From the NCBI GenBank assembly GCA_002269645.1, contig NIVC01000169.1:588097-652096 (forward strand): DNA of 64,000 bases, given 5' to 3'. Under the pieces are notes generated by a model, which was given only the letters and a program-made list of their open reading frames with translations, had not been told where the DNA came from and did not search any database. This document shows positions 1 through 11,048 of the stretch, in pieces. Positions within the stretch are counted from its first letter, which is position 1. Every line of letters starts with the position of its first letter. This stretch comes from Macrostomum lignano (lineage: Eukaryota). Made by a program: the position numbers and the translations under genes.

Positions 1-1243
1 GCGCCCGGCGATTGGCTGGTACGGCTTATGTTTGTTTTTCCTATGCTGATGTCTAAGCCCCCTTTTCTGCCTTTATCCCGCGCCCTCAACCCCCAGTTGC
101 TGGCTATTTATTCGGACCCCTTGAGACCCCATTCTCGTCGTCTTCGTGGCTCCCCGGTGATAGTGCCAGCGTTAATTGCGATACAAATACAATTAAAAGA
201 ATATCGATCAATACTACGAGTACCACTGCTCTGACGGCGCTGTGTCTTGTTGTACGACCGAAATCGCGGCTGGTAAGCCTTCCAATTTGCAAGTCATTTG
301 GGTCTGCATCTGTACTAGGCACCTTAGGGGATTAAGTGCGTCGTACGCCGGTCCCACCCAAGCAGCTCTGCGTCGTACGCGAGTCTGTAGGCTGTCGTGC
401 GTCGTACGCGTGTCAGTGGAGGACCGCAGCCGGGGTCAGTGCGCGAACCCGGGTCTGGAAAGGGGCACGAAAGTACCGAGCCCTTGAGCCCCATCACCAC
501 ACATTTAAAAAGAGACAACGGTCTCAAGCGTGAAAAATCTGCAAGAATTTTAGTTTACCATGGTTAGCTGGTGTCTCAAAGCACAAGCTGGTCCCTGCTG
601 ATTTACGTTTAAATCCAGTCGATGGTTTCAACGATAAACTACTAGTAGCAAGACGGTAAAACACATCAGCCAAATAGGATAAATTTTCATTTACACTACT
701 GAGTAAATCATTTTTGACCTTTTTTACTTTCAGAAAAATCATTTCAAACCACAGATGCTAAAATCTAGATAGGCCACTCAGCACATTTGCGTATAAGCTA
801 CTTTCAGTTGTGGTAATCAGAGGCATTTTAATGTCGTATTCTAAAGCCAAGGCTCATTTATTGGTTCTCACCCCCAGCTTAAACCCTCCAACCGCGTCTT
901 TCCACACTACCCCCGCCCCACCCCAATTTTTATTGCCTTTCTCGGAATTCCAGCCTAAAGCTGCCATGTACATTTCAGTGGCCAATGTACATTTGGCTGA
1001 ACCAATTAGCAAGTTGTTTACGCCTGCAAGCTTGGCCTTCTAAACTTATCAAAGTCATTTCAGCTGCCTTTACGAGCGTGTTTATAAAAAAGCTTATGTA
1101 TTCTTCTTTGCTACTGAACTGAAAGGCCCATTAGTTATTTTAGTATCTGTGTTTCAAACCAGCGCGTATGTTGTGTTCTAATTCACACGATGAGAAATCG
1201 ACAATTAAAGGCTTAACGAAAGGAAAATTTCGACAGATCTCAC

Positions 1244-4200
1244 CTCATTCATTGTGTCAGTTTGGCCTTTCTCGAATCTGCTTTTGTCCTCATCCCTCAG
1301 CTCGATGTCACACCTGCGACCGGCTTTGTCAAACAAAGACATGTAAATGGTAGAGTCGGTGCCCGCGAAATTCTTCTTGCCAGTCTTTGTTACAATTTGG
1401 TAAAGCGTTGTCTGGGTGTACACGGAGCCTGAAAGAGTAGAGTCAGGCAAGCGCACTTGTCCAGGTGTTGTCCACCTGCTTATCTCTCCTAGTCCAGGTG
1501 TTCTCCCACTCACCCACTCCATCGTGAACATCTTTGACAGTCCAAACCTCCCTCATTGGCGTCTCCTCATTAAGCCACTCGGAGACAGTAAAAAGCCATT
1601 TCTGACCAGTCTTGATGTCCTTCACTATCACCTGATCGACAAACCAGGTACGAGAACTTTCGCTCGATCTTAAAAATAAAAAAGTGAACAAGAGTTTGTT
1701 CCATATGCTTTCGTTACATATAAACTAGCAGTCAAGTGCCCAAGTACACAAATACTCAAGTACTCAAGTAACTCACGTACCCAAGTACTTAAGTAGTAAA
1801 GTACAAAAGTACTCACGTACCTAAGTACTCAAGTACTAAAGTACAAAAATACTCACGTACCCAAGTAATCAAGTACAAAAGTACAAAAGTACTTAAGTAC
1901 CTAAGTATTCAAGTACTAAAGTACAAAAGTACTCACGTACACAAGTAATCAAGTACAAAAGTACGAAAGTACTCACGTACCTAAGTATTCAAGTATTCAA
2001 GTACTTCAGTACTCACGCAAGTGTCAAGTTTAAAGCCTAACCTGTTCATCTTGTCCTTTTTATCGAACTTGTCCGACGATCGAGGATTGCGGGTGTCCAA
2101 TTCCAATCTGAAAATTTAACCGAAAAAATAAGTTAAAGGAATTGCTTTGAAAGACACCTAAAGTAAAGCTGAAGGATCATAAAGACACCGGAAGTATAAA
2201 GCCGATGGGTCATATATAAGACACCGGAAGTGTCTTTTTCTTACCTGATTCCCTTGAGATCGCCAAAGTCTTCGACGTACAATTCGAATACATCTTTGCT
2301 GCCGGGCTGAAAAATATTGCGGCCACCGTCACTACTGCCGCCCTCTTCGACAGGTCGCCGAAGTTCGTGACGACCTCGCGACCCTTTGGCGCCCATCAGG
2401 CTGATGTACACTCGACAGTCAGTGCCGGAAGTCGCCTTCCGGCCAGTGTAAGTCGTGACCAGAATGCCGCGCCCGGCTTGAGCCAAACTTTTAGCGCTGG
2501 TTGTAGGCGGGAGTCGAACCCGGTCCCTCCGACCAGATTTCAGCCAGTTGTTCACGTTGAAGTGGTACTCCATGCCCAGGCTGTAGTCTCTGACGCTCAC
2601 CTGCGGTTAATTAGGAGTTGGCAATGGGGCGCCTTGACAAACTAAATGCTTTAAAAACTCATATTTCACAAACTGCATATTTCACAAACTACACGATTCA
2701 CAAACTACACAATTCACAAGCTACACAATGCACAAACTACACAATTAACAAAGTGCATAGTTCACAAACTACACAATTCACAAACTGCATAGTTCACAAA
2801 CTACACAATTCACAAAATTTACCATTCACGAACTAAGAATTCACAAGCTAGACACTTCACAAAACAAACGCCTGAAATTATTGAAACTTTAAAATCAGAA
2901 ATATTCTACTAGTTTGTAAACCAGCTTCAAAAAACAATTTACTTACCGTCTCAATTAGCCAACGATATCGATGCTTCTTTGGCTTGACCTGATCTGCAGC
3001 TGGCAGTCTACTCGAAGCTGTAGCAGCCGCTGCCGTCGCTTCTTCAGGTGGCTCAATGGCAAGCGTCATGTCCGACAGGCGGCCGATCCGGGGCCCACGG
3101 ATGTGGAACACCTCCGTGCTGCCACTGTCGAAAAAGAATGCCAACGAGCCGAACTTTTTGGTGAGGCGGCTCCGGCTTAGAGTGTCATCTTCGCCGCGGA
3201 GGGTAATATAAACCTGAGGCAGAGGGGCGGTGGATGGGCAGAGAGGGGCGGCGATGGCTAGCGTACACTCGGCAGGGAAGGGTTAGAAAAGACACTGTAC
3301 AGTTGGAGACGAGATTTAAGACTGTACATTTGGAGACGAGATTTAAAAGACACTGTACATTTAGAGACGAGATTTAAAAGACAGTGTACATTTGGAGACG
3401 AGATTTAAAAGATACTGTACATTTAGAGACGAGATTCAAAAGATACTGTACATTTAGAGACTAGATCTAAAAAACAGACTGACTCACTGGAGCAGAGCAG
3501 GCAGCCTTAATATCCGTGCCAGTTTTCACCATGACCCTGTAGAGGCACTCTTTGCTCTCTGGTTTTGGCGGCGGCGGTTTCGGTGGCACGAACGGGGCCG
3601 GCGCTTCATAAGGAATTCGTTTCTTTCCGTGGATTTTCTTCTGCCGAATTAGGGTAACGTGATTGGACGTGCAGTGCCGAAAATTAGCTTTTCTTATCAT
3701 TCTTTTACCATAGCCCACAACTAGCTTGATGGGGCAGAGGAGTCACGCACCCCTGAAGCTTAAGGTGCCGCCACCTTGCAGTAGCGTCCTTGGTGCTAAA
3801 GCCCTTGGTGCTAAAGCCCCTGGTGCTACGAGTATTCTAACGTCCTGAAGCAGGCACATTCCTACTTTTTACCTGCCGTTAAAAAATGAAAAAACAATAA
3901 TGCAGAAATATGCTTTCTATCTTACCTCAGTTTTCATGATGTGTTTTTTATGCTGTTCCATTGTCGAGCAAAGATAACAGAATGGATTCTCTGAAAGGAA
4001 ATATTTGGAGTCAATTTTACTTCATTTGATTCAATATGGAAATATGAAATATGGTTGTAGATGTCATTCTTAACGATAGCTTTCGCCCCCTCTGTAGCTA
4101 CACCCCGTTAAATGAAAATAAAAAAGGCATGAAAATCCCCCAGTCACCCTCGTATCGGCGCGCCGGTAGGCCGTCCTCGTACTCGCCAGGCCTGGCCGGC

Positions 4201-4988
4201 GCGGTGAACAGGCGGCCGTTGCTGTCGGGCTCCATACGGGTGAACATCACCGCCAAGTTTCGCGGATCGGACGACTTGGCCAGCCGGTGGATTTCTCCGT
4301 CGGCTAAAATGTTTTATTTTGTTTTGAATGACACAAAATAAATATATTTTGATAATTGACACAAAAATTGAAAAAAATTATTATGTTTTGGCATAGCGAA
4401 TAATTTATAAAAAATTATAGATTACGAATTCATATGTATATCAATAATGTATTTGAGTCATCTTATCTGTCATTAGTAATATTTTCAATCTCAACCAAAA
4501 CAATAATTTAACTTTATGGAACATTAAACCATTATTGAAATTCATTTTGTATTGGACAGACTAAACTGTTATTTTTTAGAGCCAAAAATAAAAATTTAAT
4601 GTGAAGCTATATATCATCATTCACACCAGTTAAGTATAATTAATTAAGGATATGCAGAAACTTCTTATTTCTCCTAAGAAATAACCTTCTTTTGAGACAA
4701 ATTATAGATGATAACTAAATTTGTCAAGATGAGATTTAGGTTTATCAGTATTTGTGAAAGATTGAAAGCACCTGCAAATTCAATAAAAAATATACTACAT
4801 AGCAACAGGGGAGTTACCATTAGAAAGTACTCACTCTGAGATTGCTTAATAGTTTCGTCATATTCTTTCATCTTCTCAAGTTCGTCGACATGATCCTTCA
4901 GAAGGTCCAGATATAGCTGATTGTCTTTACAAAAATCCGTTAAATTATCTGAATATAACTGGACTTTACGCTGCCTACTAAGCTCCAT
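1244..4988 (-). CDS. Multi-exon PLAT/LH2-domain protein (LOXHD1/RP1-like architecture); 3' end not located
   Basis: Phase-consistent GT-AG exons: 4835-4988, 4148-4303, 3926-3990, (unresolved 3720-3870), 3488-~3718, 2947-3213, 2245-2600, 2042-2107, 1514-1668, 1244-1455. Three PLAT-like units: YRVMVKTG..A.VYITLRG...F..GSTEVF; VTTYTG...SGTDCRVYISLMG.KG...FQPGSKDVF; YQIVTKTG...AGTDSTIYMSLF...RFEKGQTD. The first two are followed by W(L/F)(I/V)(E/D).V.V strands. Confidence 0.8.
1750..2020. repeat. Intronic minisatellite (AAGTAC/AAGTACTCACGTAC units)
   Basis: Tandem degenerate repeats inside a PLAT-gene intron. Confidence 0.9.
2660..2860. repeat. Intronic minisatellite (CACAAACTACACAATT, ~16 bp)
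   Basis: Tandem repeat inside a PLAT-gene intron. Confidence 0.9.
3290..3470. repeat. Intronic minisatellite (GAGACGAGATTTAAAAGACACTGTACATTT, ~32 bp)
   Basis: About 6 tandem copies. Confidence 0.9.
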
Positions 4989-6329
4989 ACTGTGACAATG
5001 TTATTTTATAATTTTACAGAACTTAATAATTCATTTGACTATCAAATCGCGTACAGTGACAAATAGTGTAGGTAATAGCTACCGTAAAATTGGTGAATGT
5101 TTTAAAAGTTAAAACAGTGAATCAAACATTGATGTATTAGCAATGAACAAATACTTATCTGAATTAAATTTTTGTTCAAGTGAATTTCAGCTTTCAACAT
5201 GATTTGTTTAGTAAAAAATCTGTGATCAACCACAAGCAAATATATAACTGGTAACTTTTGTTAAAACTTATTTACCTGTCATGATTTTAGTGGCCCGGAC
5301 AACTCTTGATGAATGGATAGTCAAAACCTAGGAAAAATTGAATGAGTGTATATTTTATATATCAGAAGTAAGGACGTTTCTCGTCTACTAAAGTCTACCT
5401 AATAGATCGACCTAATCTTTATATTTTTACGTAGTTTTCCTTTCGGACTTCACAATATACATGTACACAGGTGCTGAAGTACAAAAGAACGCGACACAGA
5501 TAAAACTCCCATTCAGTGCTATGCGTAAAATCATCTTAGAAAATGGAAACAACTCGACTCATTGATTTTGAGAGCTCATTATATCATTCTGTTACCCATT
5601 TTTTACTAGTCATCAAGCTGAGAATGATAATATAGATTCATTTAAACCAATGAGATCACCTGTGCTATTTTTATGATTTATAGGCATGTGTTATACACTG
5701 TACATGTGCAATATTGTACGTAAATTTTTTATTATATAAACATAGAATTAGTATTTTCTATACGAAAAGCTTTATGACTATCAATATAGAGCTATAATAA
5801 AAAGTAAGTATATATAATATCAAAAGATAAACATTCATGGGTCTCTTGTATTAAAAGCAATTTTTGTGTTGAAAAAGAAAAGCCTTCTACTATCTCCGTA
5901 AATGCATTTATAGTCGTTTTCACGACAAACCTCAAAAAACAAACTACACGTACATAATGTATATGAATAGCATTAGGCATAGGCTATAAGACTCATGTAT
6001 ATTTATTAGATTCGCCATGTTTTGTCAGTCGGCCATTACGTAACTGCAAATAAATTTAAAACAACATTCTACAGTACATGTACATACATGAAAAATGTAT
6101 AAAAGTTTACACATCGATCAGTGCTTTCTCACTGAAATTGCCACCTGCTGCAAGTGTAAAAAAGTAAAACAAAATATAAAGAAAAATATAAAAAATAGAA
6201 ATTGGTACACAGTATAGGTAAAATTAGTGTAATAAAGGCTAGAAAAAAGTACACACAGTACTCCTCAATTTAAGTTCTGTATAAAAGCGCCTATGTACAT
6301 GCACATTGTATACAGAAGGTTCCAGAGCA

Positions 6330-7630
6330 TTAAGTCTTGGCCAGCTTCATCGGCCGGGGCACGTGACCGGCTGGCGGCTGTCTCGACTTCGGCCCCATCC
6401 GAGCGGGAACCATCGGCTGTGGCGGCGGCCGCGGCTTCGGTGGCGGCGGACGCGGCGGTGGCACCCGTTTCGGCTTCGCCTTGCCTTTCAGCTTGAACCT
6501 CAGCTCTGAAGATCGATGGGTTAATACAGAGGCAGCTGCAGTGGAGATTTCCTGATGCAGTATGACACTCGGTTGAGACTTAATTTATAACCTTTTGCAT
6601 ATTATTGGGGTATTATGAACCATTGTTATTGGGGTTGTAGCCAAGTGGTTTGATCGAGTGTCGGACTCACGACTGAAAGGTCGGCGGTTCGATTCTCGAC
6701 CCATTTGGAACAGTTTTAGCCCTTGAGCAAGACACTTAACTCAGCATAAATATTGCTCCAGTTCACCCAGCTGTAAAATGGGTGCCAGCATTAGCTGGGG
6801 TAATTAAGGGTGTGTGAGGGGACCCCCCCCCCAATCCTCCTTGGACTGAACAGCCGTACGCTGCCTTCAGATGCGCCGCGCAATAGCTGCGGCTGAGCTG
6901 TCGGTTGCACATCTGCCCGTTAGGACAGGTGTAAACAATTATTATTGGGGAAACAACAGGGTATTATTGGGTATCGGGGGAAACAACAGGGTATTATTGG
7001 GGTATCGGGGGGAAACAACAGGGTATTATTGGGGGTATCGAGGGAAACAGCAGGGTATTATTGGGGGTATCGAGGGAAACAGCAGGGTATTATTGGGGGT
7101 ATCGAGGGAAACAGCAGGGTATTATTGGGGGTATCGAGGGAAACAGCAGGGTATTATTGGGGGTATCGAGGGAAACAGCAGGGTATTATTGGGGGTATCG
7201 GGGGGAAACAGCAGGGTATTATTGGGGGTATCGAGAGAAACAGCAGGGTATTATTGGGGGTATCGGGGGGAAACAGCAGGGTATTATTGGGGGTATCGAG
7301 GGAAACAGCAGGGTATTATTGGGGGGTATCGAGGAAAACAGCAGGGTATTATTGGGGGGTATCGGGGAGAAACAGCAGGGTATTATTGGGGTATCGTGAG
7401 AAACAGCAGGGTATTATTGGGGGTAACAGGGTGAATTTTTCGAATCGATCTTTATAGCAAGCAAGGCAGAGCAGAAATGAGTTATTCAGTTAGAAAAATA
7501 TTTACAATCGGCACTCACTCGGTTTCGCAGTGACTTTCAGCAATCGCCTATGGCAAGCATCCGACTCTTCAGCGATGATTGACAGCAGGACAAGGCAGAA
7601 TAGCGGAAGAAGCTTTAATAGTAGACTCAT
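6330..7630 (-). CDS. Secreted cationic Pro/Lys/Arg-rich peptide, gene C (95 aa): MSLLLKLLPLFCLVLLSIIAEESDA-CHRRLLKVTAKPKLRFKLKGKAKPKRVPPPRPPPPKPRPPPQPMVPARMGPKSRQPPAGHVPRPMKLAKT
   Basis: Exon 1 is 7519-7630 (ATG, hydrophobic signal peptide, A|GTGAGT donor). Exon 2 is 6330-6505 (TTAAC...TCTTCAG acceptor, phase 1, TAA). An alternative acceptor near 6550 would give another frame. Confidence 0.65.
6631..6913 (+). mobile_element. tRNA-derived CORE-type SINE (full length)
   Basis: tRNA-like head with A box TAGCCAAGTGG and B box GGTTCGATTC. Central CCTTGAGCAAGACACTTAAC...CAGCTGTAAAATGGG resembles the CORE domain. A second near-identical copy lies at 29384-29578. Confidence 0.85.
6935..7430. repeat. 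Intronic minisatellite (GGGTATTATTGGGGGTATCGAGGGAAACAGCA, ~32 bp)
   Basis: About 15 tandem copies; source of the spurious ORFs at 6871-7457. Confidence 0.95.
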
Positions 7631-8269
7631 TGTGCCAATTAGTGATCTTTGATCTAGCTCGATCTTGTTCACAAGCATAAAATGTAGGAACCTTACTAGA
7701 TCTGTTTGCTGAAGCAGAAGAAATTTCTCAGCTTAAACCATAGACAGAAAAATTCTACAAAAAAAACTCGGATATTGCGTGCATTTCTACTAGCAAGTAG
7801 AGTAGTTAAAATTTACATCTTTTTTAACTTACCGTTGAAAAAAGTAGAAAATTAATCAATATTGCCAAATTGACATGAAGCCAATTGCATTAATAAAAAC
7901 TGACAAAAACCACATATTACAGACTCAAAGTGCCGCATCGGGTACTTTGTACTTTTGTTTACTTTTGCAAGCGTTACTGGGGTTCGCACACCATTGCTAC
8001 TTTTGTAGGGAAACTTAATGAAAAAAGCAGTTTACTACTTTGATACTTTAGAATAGGTTATATTCTCAATACAGTAGTATATCATGCATTTTAACTAACT
8101 TCGTCTTCTATCTTATTTGATATAGTAAAAAATTGAAACCTCAGCATTTACTGCCGGTTGGATATCAGAGGGTAGTGTCAGTCTGCTAGAGTGAGTAATT
8201 AACTTTGACAGTCTCTGATGATTGACAGGTCCACAGCACATTGGGTTGCCCCCTGATTGCTCAGCTGCA

Positions 8270-10680
8270 TTACGTTACAATGTGGAGACTGTCCTGAGCT
8301 GTAAGAGTTATTTTAGGTCAGTGAATAATGCGAAGTTCCAACAAAATGGTTGCCGTGCAGTCAGTGGGGTGTCAGTGAGGTGTCAGTGCAGTCAGTAGGG
8401 TGTCAGTGCAGTCAGTGGGGTGTCAGTGGGGTGTCAGTGAAGTCAGTAGGGTGTCAGTGCAGTCAGTGGGGTGTCAGTGAAGTCAGTAGGGTGTCAGTGC
8501 AGTCAGTGCAGTCAGTGGGGTGTCAGTGCAGTCAGTAGGGTGTCAGTGCAGTCAGTGCAGTCAGTGCAGTCAGTGAGGTGTCAGTGCAGTCAGTGCAGTC
8601 AGTAGGGTGTCAGTGCAGTCAGTGGGGTGTCAGTGCAGTCAGTAGGGTGTCAGTGCGGTCAGTAGGGTGTCAGTGCGGTCAGCAGCAGAAGCACTCACAG
8701 GTTTTAAATGCTTTTGAAGAAGCTTTGTTTGCATCATCACGGGCCTTCGAAGCTGTAATGATTTTATTTTCCGAGTTTTTACTTTTACGATGCAGTTTAG
8801 TATGCAATAAAGACAAACTGTATGCGATAGACTCTAATGAAAAAAAATTTACCATCTTTAAAAGTTTTCATTGCTTTGGCACTGCCCACATTCTGGAGGT
8901 TCTTCGCCTTTTGAGCTGAAATTTTGGTAGGCAAAGGTGAGCTGTGTTACCCGAGCAGTTTGTCAGGTAAGTGGTGTGTCAGGTGAGTGGTGTGTCAGGT
9001 GAGTGGTGTGTCAGGTGAGCGGTGTGTCAGGTGAGCGGTGTGTCAGGTGAGTGGTGTGTCAGGTGAGTGGTGTGTCAGGTGAGTGGTGTGTCAGGTGAGT
9101 GGTGTGTCAGGTGAGTGGTGTGTCAGGGGATTTGTGTGCCGGTTCTAGTTTTTGAGGAATCAAGTCTTGAAATCGCAAATAGCCCCAGCTGTCTCACTTT
9201 TTTTGAAGGCCTTGGCTTTAGCGGCGTTCTCAGCCAACCGGGCTTTGTGGGCTGCAGGAAAACAAAATTAAGGGTGTCGGTGCAATTAGTGAAGATGTCA
9301 GGCGGATTAAGTAGGGTGTCGCTAAAACTAGTTAGGATTTTGAACTAGAGTTAGACACGTTTTCTCAAGATATGCAAAAGAAATTACCTTTATTGAAATT
9401 TTTCATAACTTTATGGCTGCCCAAATTATTTGTACGAGGCGCTGAAAAATAAAAATACTGGTTCACTAAGTTTAAAGATAGCTTTGAAATATTGATAGAA
9501 GTAGAATGATTTTATGGTAGAAAAGCCAGTAGGGAGTGACACCCAGGACGCATTCAAATAACACAGTAATCAGTGGAGTGACACAGGAGTCAATGGAGTG
9601 ACACAGGAGTCAATGGAGTGACATAGTAATCAGTGGAGTGACACAGGAGTCAATGGAGTGACATAGTAATCAGTGGAGTGACACATGAATCAGTGGAGTG
9701 ACACAGGAGTCAATGGAGTGACATAGTAATCAGTGGAGTGACACAATAATCAGTGGAGTGACACAGGAGTCAGTGGAGTGACATAGTAATCAGTGGAGTG
9801 ACACATGAATCAGTGGAGTGACACAAGAGTCAGTGGAGTGACACAGGAGTCAATGGAGTGACATAGTAATCAGTGGAGTGACACATGAATCAGTGGAGTG
9901 ACACAGGAGTCAGTGGAGTGACACAGGAGTCAATGGAGTGACATAGTAATCAGTGGAGTGACACAATAATCAGTGGAGTGACACAGGAGTCAATGAAGTG
10001 ACACAGGAGTCAGTGGAGTGACACAGGAGTCAATGGAGTGACATAGTAATCAGTGGAGTGACACAATAATCAGTGGAGTGACACAGGAGTCAGTGGAGTG
10101 ACATAGTAATCAGTGGAGTGACACAACAATCAGTGGAGTGACACAGGAGTCAGTGGAGTGACATAGTAATCAGTGGAGTGACACATGAATCAGTGGAGTG
10201 ACACAAGAGTCAGTGGAGTGACACAGGAGTCAATGGAGTGACATAGTAATCAGTGGAGTGACACATGAATCAGTGGAGTGACACAGGAGTCAGTGGAGTG
10301 ACACAGGAGTCAATGGAGTGACATAGTAATCAGTGGAGTGACACAGGAGTCAGTACAGTGACACAGTAATCAGTGGAGTGACACAGGAGCCAGTGGCCGG
10401 GGTGACACAGGAGCCAGTGGCCGGGGTGACACAGGAGCCAGTGGCCGGGGTGACACAGGAGCCAGTGGAGTGACACAAGAGTCAGTAGAGTAACACAGGA
10501 GTCAGTGGAGTGACACAAGAGTCTGTGGAGTGACAGAGCAGTGTACTGAACCAGCAGCAACTTACCTTGCTTAAATCGCTTTAATCCTTTCGGGCAGGCA
10601 GACGTCAGAGTGGCATCTTCCATGAGCAGGATGAGCACAACAGTTGACAGTATAGAGATGCATCCTGTTTTGTGCAACAT
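8270..10680 (-). CDS. Secreted cationic Lys/Ala-rich peptide, gene B (~104 aa): MLHKTGCISILSTVVLILLMEDATLTSA-CPKGLKRFKQAHKARLAENAAKAKAFKKTQKAKNLQNVGSAKAMKTFKDASKARDDANKASSKAFKT(SQDSLHIVT)
   Basis: Exons 10566-10680, 9198-9251 (54 nt), 8853-8915 (63 nt), 8699-8752 (54 nt), tentative 8270-8298. All junctions are phase 1 with canonical GT/AG, and the internal exons are multiples of 3 with no stops. Confidence 0.75.
8355..8685. repeat. Intronic minisatellite (CAGTG/GTCAGTGGGGT units)
   Basis: Tandem repeat in a gene B intron. Confidence 0.9.
8965..9126. repeat. Intronic minisatellite (GTGTGTCAGGTGAGTG, 16 bp)
   Basis: About 10 copies in a gene B intron. Confidence 0.95.
9560..10540. repeat. Intronic minisatellite (CAGTGGAGTGACACAGGAGT, 20 bp)
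   Basis: About 48 copies with higher-order variants, in gene B intron 1. Confidence 0.95.
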
Positions 10681-11048
10681 TTTCGCAAGTCAACTTCAAC
10701 TATATTGAATTTCAACTGACCTTTCTGGTTTATCAAATTCGGTTTCTTGCGCAACAGATCGATAATATTTAAGAGTCGAAAGCGATTTAAAAAGTAATTC
10801 CGTACTTTCACCCTGCATATATTGCGAGCATGTGCTTGGACATAAAATAGAATACTAATAAATAAAGGTTTGCAGCTTCTGCAGCGGCTATTTGTCTATG
10901 TGTGAAAGTACGGCATTCTGAGCTTCTTGTGATGCTGGTGCTTGTCTATGGCTAGGACCAAAAAAATCGAGCTTCTGGCGATCCTGTTATGTTATTCATC
11001 CATGGTCAAAACCTAAAGTGCCATAGACAAAATCATGGTGGAGACTTT

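Noticed and set aside
6631-6705. Possible tRNA gene
   Set aside because: It continues directly into a CORE-like body that recurs at 29384, so it is a SINE head.
10721-10812. Acceptor/donor-bounded segment upstream of gene B as a coding exon or the last exon of gene A
   Set aside because: It has no ATG, and gene B has its own ATG and signal peptide at 10680. A nearer terminal exon exists for gene A, so this is at most a UTR exon.
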